A DNA stretch of 63,959 bases, filler included, from Octopus bimaculoides (lineage: Eukaryota): assembly GCF_001194135.2 (NCBI RefSeq). It is 5 parts of 5 records of this genome, joined end to end, with 100 filler letters (N's around TTAATTAATTAA, not from the genome) between each part and the next. Parts side by side here need not be neighbours in the genome. Positions count along the whole stretch, not along the records: positions 35,912 to 58,880 come from NC_068990.1; 4 more parts are not named here. The stretch is one strand, 5' to 3'. The position numbers were made by a program, and so were the translations under genes. This document shows, piece after piece, positions 37,963 to 49,869 of this stretch (its first letter is position 1; each line of letters starts with the position of its first letter). The notes beneath the pieces are model-generated. The model had not been told where the DNA came from, searched no databases, and saw only the letters and a list, made by a program, of their open reading frames with translations.

Positions 37963-38399
37963 CACAAACAAATACGTATATAAACATATATATGTATATA
38001 TGTATGTGTATACGAATCCGTTTCCAAGTAAGTTTGTCTTCACCTTTTTGATGCGACTCTACTCTATACTGTTTTCTCCCTCCATCTTTTCCTAATTCCC
38101 TTTTTCTCCCCTTCCTTCCTTCACCGTTTTCTATCTGCCTCTCTCTCTCTCTCTCCCTCTTTCTCGTTTTCTCTTGTTGCTCACACGTGATCGTCGCCTA
38201 TCTTTCTTTTCCTCACGTGACCGTCTTTCTTTTCCTGCACGGACATTCAAAAGACTAGACGGTTTTTTTCTCTCTCACTTCTATCTTTTCTCTTTTCAAA
38301 GAAAATATTTCTTCCAGCATTCACTATTTTCCTCTCGTTCTGGTCTAACGACACTCCATGTTTGTTTTCGTTCAGTTTCCTTTTGTTTTTGTTCCCAAC

Positions 38400-38650
38400 T
38401 TTGACCCTCCATAAATCCTAAAATTTTATTTTAGAATTTATGGGAGCAATTGTCTTTGAAGACTCATATTGCCGTTGAATACTCGAAATGAGAAGTAGAT
38501 AGACAGCCGACAACTGATGAAGGATCATTTCTTTTAGTTTACTTGTCCTGTTTTCAATTTTTTCTTGTTGTTTACATATTTAATTCGTTTGTTTATATAT
38601 TTCATGTTGTTTGCACCGTTGGTGATGTTCTGTACCCATATATGCATATA
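38400..38650 (-). mobile_element. Non-autonomous repeat with ATATGGGTACAG terminus
   Basis: Shares its terminus and the internal cgaaa...gtagat...acaactga(t/c)gaagg block with the MITE at 55031, and its terminus with the fragment at 480. Confidence 0.65.
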
Positions 38651-38927
38651 TATATATGTATATATATATATGTATATATATATATGTATATATATATGTA
38701 TGTCTGTATATATATATATGTATGTATGTATGTGCATATATATATATATATATATANNNNNNNNNNNNNNNNNNNNNNNNNNNNNNNNNNNNNNNNNNNN
38801 NNNNNNNNNNNNNNNNNNNNNNNNNNNNNNNNNNNNNNNNNNNNNNNNNNNNNNNNNNNNNNNNNNNNNNNNNNNNNNNNNNNNNNNNNNNNNNNATATA
38901 TATAATATTCATTATTATTATATATAT

Positions 38928-40180
38928 AGAAGCGCAAACACAACTGCTGGTCCTGATGGTTTCCCAGCAATCCTCCTCAAATCGTGTAAGCGTGCCCTGG
39001 CGAAACCACTACAGATTCTCTTCCAGAGCTTTCTTGCAAATGGCCGGCTGCCAAGCAAACTGAAGGAGAGAATAATATGTCATTCCTTAAAGGAGGAAGC
39101 AGAGCAGATGCCAAAAACTATAGGCCTATCTCTCTGACTTTGCACATCAGCAAAGTCATGAAACGGATAGTCAGAGGGAAGAAAAACAACTTGCTGAGTG
39201 ATACCCAGCATGGCTTTCGACCAGGTAGAAGCTGCGTGACCCAGCTCTTATATCACTATGACTGGGTTTTGAAGCAGTTACTCAACTCAAATGTGGACGT
39301 AATATACCTTGACTTTGCAAACTCTTTTGAGAAAGTGGATCATGGTATGATATGCCACAAACTGCATGATCTCAGCATAGCTGGAAAACTTGGAGAGTGG
39401 TTACATGACTTCCTGAAAGATAGAAGTCAGGCAGTAGTGGCCAATGGAGCCATCTCAAAGAAAACACAAATAGTGAGCGGTGTTTCACAGGGCACTGTCT
39501 TGGGACAACTACTTTTCATAGTCGCTTTCTCAGATATGCCCTCGGCTGCTCGGATAGCCACTCTTGCTAGCTACGCAGACGATACGAAAATCTCACAGAA
39601 AATACAAAGCCCCACCTGCAGCAAGAGTTGGACTCAGTTTGCAGATGGGCTGAGGACAATAATATGCAGTTTAACGCTGAAAAATTCCAAGCTCTGCGCT
39701 ATCAGCGTCCAAAACTGAATATAAAACTTACAGGATACACTAATCCTCAGGGGATTACAATCGAAGAGCTTAAATCAGTGAGAGACCTGGGTATCAACAT
39801 GAGTGATGATACCTCTTTTCAAGTGCACATTACCAGAATGGAGACAAAGTGCAGACGACTGGCTGGATGGATCCTGAGAACGCTCAGAACCAGACAGAAG
39901 GAAACCATGATGGTCCTCTGGAGGACATTCGTCCTCAGCCGCCTGGATTATTGCTCCCTGCTATGGTCACCCAACAGTGTAAAATTAAGAGCGGATCTTG
40001 AAACACTCCGGCGAAGCTTCACAAAGCAGATCGTCTGGGAAAGGCTGAAACAGCAGACTCTATTCCCTGCTAGCGAAGGCAGGAGAGGTATGCAGAAATA
40101 TACATTTGAAAGATCCTTGAAGTAACTGTGCCAAATTTTGGCATTGAAAGATACACAAATTCCAGAACGTGTCGACACTG
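38928..40180 (+). pseudogene. Non-LTR retrotransposon ORF2 reverse transcriptase (CR1/jockey-like), frameshifted, truncated by gaps
   Basis: AGPDGFPAILLK, KNYRPISLT, QHGFRPGRSCVTQL, DVIYLDFANSFEKVDH, SGVSQGTVLGQLLF, YADDTK, MQFNAEKFQ, VRDLGI and SRLDYCSLLWSP. Confidence 0.93.
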
Positions 40181-40831
40181 NNNNNNNNNNNNNNNNNNNN
40201 NNNNNNNNNNNNNNNNNNNNNNNNNNNNNNNNNNNNNNNNNNNNNNNNNNNNNNNNNNNNNNNNNNNNNNNNNNNNNNNNNNNNNNNNNNNNNNNNNNNN
40301 NNNNNNNNNNNNNNNNNNNNNNNNNNNNNNNNNNNNNNNNNNNNNNNNNNNNNNNNNNNNNNNNNNNNNNNNNNNNNNNNNNNNNNNNNNNNNNNNNNNN
40401 NNNNNNNNNNNNNNNNNNNNNNNNNNNNNNNNNNNNNNNNNNNNNNNNNNNNNNNNNNNNNNNNNNNNNNNNNNNNNNNNNNNNNNNNNNNNNNNNNNNN
40501 NNNNNNNNNNNNNNNNNNNNNNNNNNNNNNNNNNNNNNNNNNNNNNNNNNNNNNNNNNNNNNNNNNNNNNNNNNNNNNNNNNNNNNNNNNNNNNNNNNNN
40601 NNNNNNNNNNNNNNNNNNNNNNNNNNNNNNNNNNNNNNNNNNNNNNNNNNNNNNNNNNNNNNNNNNNNNNNNNNNNNNNNNNNNNNNNNNNNNNNNNNNN
40701 NNNNNNNNNNNNNNNNNNNNNNNNNNNNNNNNNNNNNNNNNNNNNNNNNNNNNNNNNNNNNNNNNNNNNNNNNNNNNNNNNNNNNNNNNNNNNNNNNNNN
40801 NNNNNNNNNNNNNNNNNNNNNNNNNNNNNNN

Positions 40832-40941
<110 letters not shown>

Positions 40942-41196
40942 GCATATACATATACCTATATATATATATATCAGGTTGATGCCTGCATATTTAAATGTGC
41001 TTGTGTGTATGCGCACACGCATGTGTTTGGTGTGTGTGTGTGTGTGTGTGTGCGTGCGTTTGTGCGTGTAGTCATCTATGCATATACACAGTGTATATAC
41101 ATATGTACGTGTATTTATGTAAAAATGTATCTATGCACATATACACATACACATACACATATATATATATAAATATATATATAAATACATGTATAT

Positions 41197-41242
<46 letters not shown>

Positions 41243-41649
41243 NNNNNNNNNNNNNNNNNNNNNNNNNNNNNNNNNNNNNNNNNNNNNNNNNNNNNNNNNN
41301 NNNNNNNNNNNNNNNNNNNNNNNNNNNNNNNNNNNNNNNNNNNNNNNNNNNNNNNNNNNNNNNNNNNNNNNNNNNNNNNNNNNNNNNNNNNNNNNNNNNN
41401 NNNNNNNNNNNNNNNNNNNNNNNNNNNNNNNNNNNNNNNNNNNNNNNNNNNNNNNNNNNNNNNNNNNNNNNNNNNNNNNNNNNNNNNNNNNNNNNNNNNN
41501 NNNNNNNNNNNNNNNNNNNNNNNNNNNNNNNNNNNNNNNNNNNNNNNNNNNNNNNNNNNNNNNNNNNNNNNNNNNNNNNNNNNNNNNNNNNNNNNNNNNN
41601 NNNNNNNNNNNNNNNNNNNNNNNNNNNNNNNNNNNNNNNNNNNNNNNNN

Positions 41650-41712
<63 letters not shown>

Positions 41713-41733
41713 TAGACAGACAGACAGACAGAC

Positions 41734-41768
<35 letters not shown>

Positions 41769-41770
41769 AA

Positions 41771-41820
41771 CTTAACTAGCCAAAACTTCGAAGATACTAT
41801 CAATAAGATTGTTTAAGAAT
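41771..41820 (+). repeat. 3' half of the hammerhead-like repeat
   Basis: cttaactagccaaaacttcgaagatactatcaataagattgtttaagaat matches 7109-7150 and the reverse complement of 47965-48013. Confidence 0.7.
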
Positions 41821-41856
41821 AATATATGTACATGTATATATATTAGTGTATGTGTG

Positions 41857-41888
<32 letters not shown>

Positions 41889-42539
41889 TGTGCGTTTGTG
41901 TTTCTGTATGTGTGGGGTGGAGAAGTACAGCGAGAGTGAAAGGCAGTTGATGACGACAGCAGGAAACAATCTCTAGACTAACTAAATAGATTACATGTAT
42001 TAAAATGTTCAATTTGGACCTGAAACACAATTTAACGAGGTAACACGTCTAGCGACAAAATATCTTTACTAAGTAGACGTGTTTCTTTCGCTAAATTTTA
42101 TGTTTAACTTTTAATTTCTTCCATAGCAAGCCTAGCTATAATTTAATATATCTAATATATATGTTTATCAAAATTATGTTATGCACCACTCTTAAGTCTG
42201 AAATAAATTACCCTTTTATTTTTGTCTATGTAAGTTCGATGTTGAAATTTCGTCGAGGCTGCCTTTATTTGATATCATTCTGGAATCGAAAAAAAGAAAA
42301 CCTATAGCAGTTAGATAATGAGGTAGAATACAGTTGACATACTTTCCTTTGACTTCTGCAAAATTTGAGCCGTGCTTGAAAATGAAACAGCAAAATAAAT
42401 AATGTATTTGAATACTAATAGATAGATAGATAGATAGATAGATTGATAGATAGATGTGAGGTGTAACATAGTAAGATCGCCTTTTGCATGACAAGCCCTC
42501 TGCGAGTGAACCAAACATAGAGTTAGTGTCAAAAAGTCG

Positions 42540-42644
42540 ATGATTTATGAACTTCATTCAAACAGCAATGAACGTATCAGAAAGCAATTTCATCATCGCA
42601 AGATTTCATTGGTCAATTTTATCATCATAAACATTGATTGACAG
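42540..42644 (+). promoter_or_regulatory. Candidate homeodomain cis-regulatory cluster
   Basis: ATGATTTATGA (42540-42550), ATTGG (42608-42612) and TGATTGACAG (42635-42644) in repeat-poor DNA. Motif match only. Confidence 0.25.
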
Positions 42645-45031
42645 CACTTCAAAGGATAAAAACTTTAATGATTAAGTTAAAAAAAAAATAATAAAGATAA
42701 TAAATCACAGACTACCTACCTACATTTGCTTCCAGTTTTTTTTTCTCTCTCTTCTTCTTCATATTCACCTTCGTTTTTCTCCCTCATCCGCCCTCATAAC
42801 TCACCTTTATCCTCAGTGTATTTTCTCTCTATATTGTGCAAGTCTCATACACTTGAATAACCAATCTCTTACGCCAATGTATGTTTGTTTGTTCGTTTGT
42901 TGGGTTTTTTTTTCACCTCAGTATTTTCTTTCTTTGTTTTTTTTTTCATTTGGTATGTGGTGTTTCCTTTTTCGTTTCTTTCTTTTTTCTGTTTTTTTTT
43001 TATATTTTTGTAAAAGGTACGTTTGAAGCCATCTCGTAATTTTTTTCTTGTTCTTGATATTTTAGTTTATTTTATTTCTGTATATTTTGTTTGTTTGTTA
43101 TTCTTTTACCCGTCTAAATCACTTCAAAGTTTATTTGCCTTTAATGCAGCGCCATATTTTCTTGTTGTTTTAGCCTTTAGTGAAAACTGATGGTAATTTA
43201 GTATTGCTAACAACTCTATCGATATTAAATATCACCTAGCCAAGCATATAACACAGACGACGACAACTTGTCAAAACAAAGGGTTCCTACACTCACCGGA
43301 ACTTATTTTCGCTTGGTCTCTTTTATGATTGATTGTAAGGTGATTGCTGATTCCAATTAGTGAAAGCGTTTGGGCGTATCTGAAGACGTCTTTTAGCATT
43401 AGGGTCCACGTTCGTTCGCTTGTTCGTTCATTTGTCCGTTCGGTCATTCGTTTCCAAGAGTCTTACCTACCTAACTGATAGAAGAAAAGAAAGTTATCAC
43501 GGTCCGCAGAGCAAGTACTTAATCGGACAAAATGCGAATGAAAAATTGGCTTTTGATCTATTGCAAGGTTCAACGAGCAATCATGTTTATAAGTTTTAAA
43601 GCAAGCCCATATCAAGATATAAGGTACTTTTTGTAGTGACATTAATTTGAAGAAAGCTGACGGGTAGTGGAGAGTATGTGGGAGATTGGGGGTATTTACA
43701 GTAAAGCAACCTAGTCATGTAGCGATGAGTGGAATGGCATTATTTAAACAAGAGTCAAAAGAATCTTGACTGAAATTATGAAAAGAAACCGGAATATTAA
43801 TCATATTTTACAGTCTTTTGATTAAACAAATTCCACCTTCTTTATTATTTCTGTAACTGTCTTTAATTAAATACTGATTATGTGTGATGTTTATGAAAAA
43901 CATGCCAAACATCGACAGATGTTTGCAGAGATGGTTAATGTTGTGTACGATAACAGGTTGTTCATACTTAGCTACAACAACGTTATCAAAATGTGTTCGG
44001 CCAGTTATATTATATTTTCAGCCATATTATAATCTTAGTCATATATGTGTGTGTGTGTGTGAGTGCGCGCGCGAGAGCGTATATATGTATATANNNNNNN
44101 NNNNNNNNNNNNNNNNNNNNNNNNNNNNNNNNNNNNNNNNNNNNNNNNNNNNNNNNNNNNNNNNNNNNNNNNNNNNNNNNNNNNNNNNNNNNNNNNNNNN
44201 NNNNNNNNNNNNNNNNNNNNNNNNNNNNNNNNNNNNNNNNNNNNNNNNNNNNNNNNNNNNNNNNNNNNNNNNNNNNNNNNNNNNNNNNNNNNNNNNNNNN
44301 NNNNNNNNNNNNNNNNNNNNNNNNNNNNNNNNNNNNNNNNNNNNNNNNNNNNNNNNNNNNNNNNNNNNNNNNNNNNNNNNNNNNNNNNNNNNNNNNNNNN
44401 NNNNNNNNNNNNNNNNNNNNNNNNNNNNNNNNNNNNNNNNNNNNNNNNNNNNNNNNNNNNNNNNNNNNNNNNNNNNNNNNNNNNNNNNNNNNNNNNNNNN
44501 NNNNNNNNNNNNNNNNNNNNNNNNNNNNNNNNNNNNNNNNNNNNNNNNNNNNNNNNNNNNNNNNNNNNNNNNNNNNNNNNNNNNNNNNNNNNNNNNNNNN
44601 NNNNNNNNNNNNNNNNNNNNNNNNNNNNNNNNNNNNNNNNNNNNNNNNNNNNNNNNNNNNNNNNNNNNNNNNNNNNNNNNNNNNNNNNNNNNNNNNNNNN
44701 NNNNNNNNNNNNNNNNNNNNTATATATATATATATATACGTACGTACGTACGTACGTGTCTGTGTGTGAGTTTGTGTTCGTGCGTGTATGTCAATGTGCG
44801 TGTTAAATAATATCAAAGGTATATATTTTATAAGTAAGATAATTGGTATGAATTTGGTATCAATAATTCGATATTATAAACGACAAGGAATAACTCCAAA
44901 CGCATTCGCACACAATAGAATCATACACGTGGACCACACGCACGTACACGCGCAGACTCTCACTGTATATGCGTGTGTATGTGTCCATATATGTGAATAT
45001 TCGTATACATTAAAGTATATAGGTAAGTATG

Positions 45032-45106
<75 letters not shown>

Positions 45107-45370
45107 GTATGTATATATATATACAAACCAACATTTGTATAGTTTGAACAGGTGTATGAAGCTATATATGTTTGTGCTTATATACATATATTTATACGCA
45201 TATGTGTGTGTCTGTGTGTGTCTTTTGTGTCTGTGTGTGTCTTTTGTGTCTGTGTGTGTGTGTACGTGTGTTATTATATGCTCATAAATATATTTTAGAT
45301 ATGCATCTTTTTATGTGTGTGTACATACAAATAAAGTAAGCGGTGAGCGAGAAGATAGATAGATAGATAT

Positions 45371-45419
<49 letters not shown>

Positions 45420-45420
45420 A

Positions 45421-45516
<96 letters not shown>

Positions 45517-46329
45517 ATTGAGTGAATGATTGATTGATAGTGAGATATTATCATTGTAATTGATATATANNNNNNNNNNNNNNNNNNNNNNNNNNNNNNN
45601 NNNNNNNNNNNNNNNNNNNNNNNNNNNNNNNNNNNNNNNNNNNNNNNNNNNNNNNNNNNNNNNNNNNNNNNNNNNNNNNNNNNNNNNNNNNNNNNNNNNN
45701 NNNNNNNNNNNNNNNNNNNNNNNNNNNNNNNNNNNNNNNNNNNNNNNNNNNNNNNNNNNNNNNNNNNNNNNNNNNNNNNNNNNNNNNNATATATATATAT
45801 ATATATATATATAAACATACATACGTACATACATAAATGTACATATATAATCTTTATAATTGATTCTCATTGATTCCATAATTCATACATTTATAATGTT
45901 ATCGGAGACATTTTGGGTTGGGAAGAAACATCAATCAGGAATTCGTAGACCTGAAAAACCGGCACGGAGCAAATGACTAGAACGAAACCTTGCCAGAGTG
46001 TGTCAGAATTATTCAAGTGTTTATCCTGTTATTTGAAAAATCTTGGTTCAAATCGTATATCTAACAACTTTGCTGTTCAGTTTTTATTGTAGCTTTCACA
46101 GATATGTTAGAAATAGCAGCCAATTTTCTTTAAAATCATGCCTAGTACTTTCTTTTCTTTTAAATAAAGCAATGTCTGGATATATTAGTTGATAGGTTTT
46201 GATTGGGATTATATCGGAAGAAATATGACGGAAAAGCTTATACTAGACAACCTTTGGTAATAATTTTTATGGCTCCAGAATGACATGGGGCTAAACAACC
46301 GAGAAAATTGTGTTTTGATCTTTTATCTT

Positions 46330-46473
46330 GAACAGTTTAGTCGAACAAATCGAACAAAGTACCTATGATTAAGTATGATACTTATTCTATCGGTCACTTT
46401 TGTCGTACTGCTAATTTGCGACGGCATCAACAAAGCACCTTTTGTTAAATGGTGGTGAGGAGAAGCACAAGCA

Positions 46474-46520
<47 letters not shown>

Positions 46521-46812
46521 CTTATTCTTTGTAAGCCTAGCACTTATTCTATCGGTCTGTTTTGCCGAACCGCTAGGTTAAGGGGACGTAAATGCACCAG
46601 CATCTGTCATCAAGCTATGTTGAGGGGACAAACACAGAAACACACACACACACTCACATATTTCAGTTTCCGTCTACCAAATCCACTCACAAGGCTTTGG
46701 TTGGTCCGAGGCTATAGTAAAAGACACTTGCCCAAGGTGCCACGAAGTGAGACTTAACCCGGAATCATGTGGTTGGTAGGCAAGCTACTTACTACACAGC
46801 CACGTCTGCACC
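46330..46812 (-). mobile_element. Two SINE family B pieces: an older 3' half (46330-46480) and a younger near-complete copy (46518-46812)
   Basis: The younger copy contains cttattctttgtaagcctagcacttattctatcggtc...tttcagtttccgtctaccaaatccactcacaaggctttgg...gacacttgcccaaggtgccac...cacagccacgtctgcacc. Confidence 0.85.
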
Positions 46813-46819
46813 TATCTAG

Positions 46820-47552
46820 TAGACTTGCAAGACCCCTCTTCCAAAAATACTCCTCCACTACTGTTCTGGCCTTGTCTACAGAATTCATATTTTTTCTGTC
46901 CAAATGATTTTGAAGACTGCGGAAAAAATGATAATCAAATGGAGCAATGTCCGGCGGATATGGTGAGTAGGGCATCGTTTCCCATTCAAACTGCTCCAGC
47001 CTTTGGAATGTTATCCTAGCTGTAGGTGGCCGAGCATTATCTTGATGGAAGAACACCTTTCGTCTCTAAAACCACAATTGATCGTTTTTCATCTAGCGCT
47101 GACTTGAATGACTGGTTGAATGAACAAATTCAAGCTTCTCTGCTCGTTCTTCAACAGTTACGATGGGATTTTATTCCACCAAGGTTTGCAGGACATCCTC
47201 ATCGAGTTCTACAGATCTTTCAGGACGATGCTCGTCTTCTAGGCAGTAGTTTCCAGCTCGGAATTTCTGGAACCACAATTGATACTGGCTTATGCTTATT
47301 GTCCGATCCCTGTATACTGCATTAATATTCCTCGCACTTTCTGTTGAGTTGTTGCCTTTATTGAACTCATAAATCAAAATATGCTGAATATGCTCCATTG
47401 TCACTTTTATTATAGCTTTGAAAAAAATAACTGTTAAAATCGAACCGCATTCTTCAAAACTTGCGTCAAAAATAAAAACAAGGTAAAATTACTACCTGCT
47501 TTTATAGCAAGTTGATGCAGGTAGTTCATAATGACTTTTAGTTCATGCAGGA
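46820..47552 (-). mobile_element. Internally deleted mariner (DD34D)
   Basis: N-terminus MEHIQHILIYEFNKGNNSTESARNINAVY...WFQKFRAGNYCLEDEHRPERSVELDEDVL is joined almost directly to FFHQDNARPPTA...PYSPYPPDIAPFDYHFFRSLQNHL. Confidence 0.9.
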
Positions 47553-47572
47553 TATATATAATATATATATCT

Positions 47573-47781
47573 TGATTTCAAATTTTAGCACAAGGCCAGT
47601 AAGTCTGGAGAGGGGACAAGTCGATTACTTCGACCTCATTGCTCAACAGTTATTTATTCTATCGACTCCGAAAGGATGAAAGGAAAAGTCGGCCTCAACG
47701 GAACTTGAACTCAACATGAAGAGTAACGAAATGCCACTAAGCATTTTTCCCGGCGTGCTAACGATTCTGCCACCTCGCTGC
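47573..47781 (-). mobile_element. SINE family C
   Basis: Reverse complement gcagcgaggtggcagaatcgttagcacgccggg...gagttcaagttccgttgaggccgacttttcctttcatcctttcggagtcgatag. It is followed by a family B 3' stub at 47792-47863. Confidence 0.85.
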
Positions 47782-47964
47782 TTTCATTTGCTGACTAAAA
47801 AACCCTTCGAGGCAGTGCTCCAGTATGGCCACAGACAAATGACCGAGTAAAAGAATAAAAGAATATATATTAAATTTTGTTTCTATGTTCAATTATATTT
47901 TTAAAAAAAGTTTTCAGTTATCTGAAGTTTACTCCATACTTTCGTAGATTACAAATATATCATT

Positions 47965-48800
47965 CTTAAACAAGAAAATTATTGACAGTAACTTCGAAGT
48001 TTTGGTAGTTAAGTAACGGTCGGGCTGCGTACATTGCAGTTAAGCTTAACTTCATAGAGTCTCTGTTGAGTTAAAATCTTCCTTGGATATGTCGGTTTGA
48101 GCGAGAGGGTAATTAGATTGCAGATTAGGTTTTGATCGAGAGATATTTTGGAGAATTTTTTATTGATTAAATTCGAGGTTATGTTATTGTTTAGAACTTA
48201 TTCGTGCATGTAGAACTTTGTAAGCAGGTGAGTATATTTAGTTGTTTCCGCTTCAGGACATGTTATTGCTTTTCAGTGGTTCACAAAACGGATGTAGGTA
48301 GATAAAGGAATTTTTTTTTTTATCAACGGATGTGCCAATGGTTTTAGTTTTATCTTTGGTTTTATTGGATTTAATTCTTTGCTTTGACAATTGATTTTAA
48401 AATTTTATATTCTAAATTTTAAAAAACATTTTAAAAAAGAAGAATTAGGAAAAAGGTCTTCCAACTTGCTTGCATACAAATATATATTAATGTGAGTGTA
48501 TGTAGGTTTGTGGACTTATGTTAGAAAAACTTTTGTGAAGATTGTGGCTGGAGATAAGAAAACTTTTACATAATTTTTACAGTACATGCTCAATATAAAA
48601 CCGTAAAACTGTTATTTTATGTATACTATGGGGATAGTTTATGGAGTGGGGGAAAGGATGAGAAAGTTGTGAGATATTTCCATGTTTTACCTTTAGAAAA
48701 AAGTATTGGTTTGAAATGTTTTAGAGTTTTTAAGATTTTATGCTTGCATGAAGAGACTAGCTCAGAGTTTTAGTTCAGAATTCGGTTCTTGAATGGGAGA
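47965..48800 (-). mobile_element. Probable Penelope-like element 3' relic ending in the hammerhead-like motif
   Basis: A/C-rich minus strand with a degraded K/I/N-rich frame including AITCPEA (weakly like the YAITC.GC region before GIY-YIG), terminating in cagcccgaccgttacttaactaccaaaacttcgaagttactgtcaataa. Confidence 0.4.
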
Positions 48801-48954
48801 ATGATCTCATATTCAAGAATCAAATCGATCTGTTCTGGTTCCTATCCTGCCTAGGAGTCGATAAAATGCTTGCCGGTGTTCTATGTAATCCACTTGTCCT
48901 TTCCTCTCAAAAATACTGGCCTTGTACCAAAATTAGAAGAAATTAGAAAAAATA

Positions 48955-49340
48955 TTATTATTATTATTGTTCAGTAGTTTTATTTTTATAACGTGCTTTC
49001 ACTTCACTACCGGGCGCAGCTCTGTGCGCCTTGGGTATGTGCTGTGGTTTGCTGTGGTGCTCTTATATTTACTGTATTATTATTATTATTATTATTATTA
49101 TTGATTGAGAGAGCAGTGCATGCCATCAAAGTGACACTGGGGTAAAATATGCGAAGCCCAATATACCCATCATGACTACCCGTTTGATAAGGGTACACCA
49201 GGTACATGCATCACAGCCATATGTGCGCGACATCGTGATCTAATATCAAGATAAACAGCGCATGACCTTGCATGTAGGGTTCAGTTAGAATTTTCTTCAG
49301 GTCCAGTAACCCATTCCGCTCAAAAGGTCCCTGAATATGA
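48955..49340 (-). mobile_element. Two tandem (AAT)n-tailed retroelement 3' ends
   Basis: On the minus strand, block 49107-49340 ends in (AAT)n (49077-49103) and block 48975-49075 ends in another (AAT)n (about 48955-48970). Assignment to R4/Dong-type UTRs is an inference from the neighbouring ORF. Confidence 0.5.
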
Positions 49341-49634
49341 GAGTTATTTATCATTAGCACTAGTGTTTTAGGGAATAGAGACTTGATTCTGAGAACTATG
49401 ATTCTATCAAATTTGTAATAAATATATCGATTTTGAAAGTTTTAAAAAATTCAGGTATTTTCAGGTTGACAGGTTTTTTTTTCTTGGGATGTGGTCAGTA
49501 CCTATGGGAACAAGTAGTAGTAGTAGTAATAGTAGTAGTAAGGATATCAACCTAATTCTTGAGAGAATTACTACTCACAATGTCAACACATTTATGTTTT
49601 CCCGTTTTTTGTTTATTATTATTATTAGTATATG

Positions 49635-49845
49635 GGCGGCGAACTGTCAGAATTGTTAGTATGCCGGACAAAACGTTTAGTGACATTTTGTCGGTTTTTA
49701 CGCTATGATTTCAATTTCCGCCGGGGATGACTTAGCCTTTCATCCTTTCGAGTCGATAAAACAAGTACCATTTAAATACTGGGGTGGATGAAATCGGCTA
49801 CAACCTCCCCCAAAATTTCTGGCTTTGTGCCTATAGTAGAAAGGA
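49635..49845 (+). mobile_element. SINE family C
   Basis: ggcggcgaactgtcagaattgttag...ttagcctttcatcctttcgagtcgataaaacaagtacc...ggctttgtgcctatagtagaaagg followed by (CAT)n. Confidence 0.85.
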
Positions 49846-49869
49846 TCATCATCATCATCATCATCATCA

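Noticed and set aside
38180-38225. Two CACGTG E-boxes
   Set aside because: They arise from a short local tandem duplication in a pyrimidine-rich tract; spacing is unremarkable.
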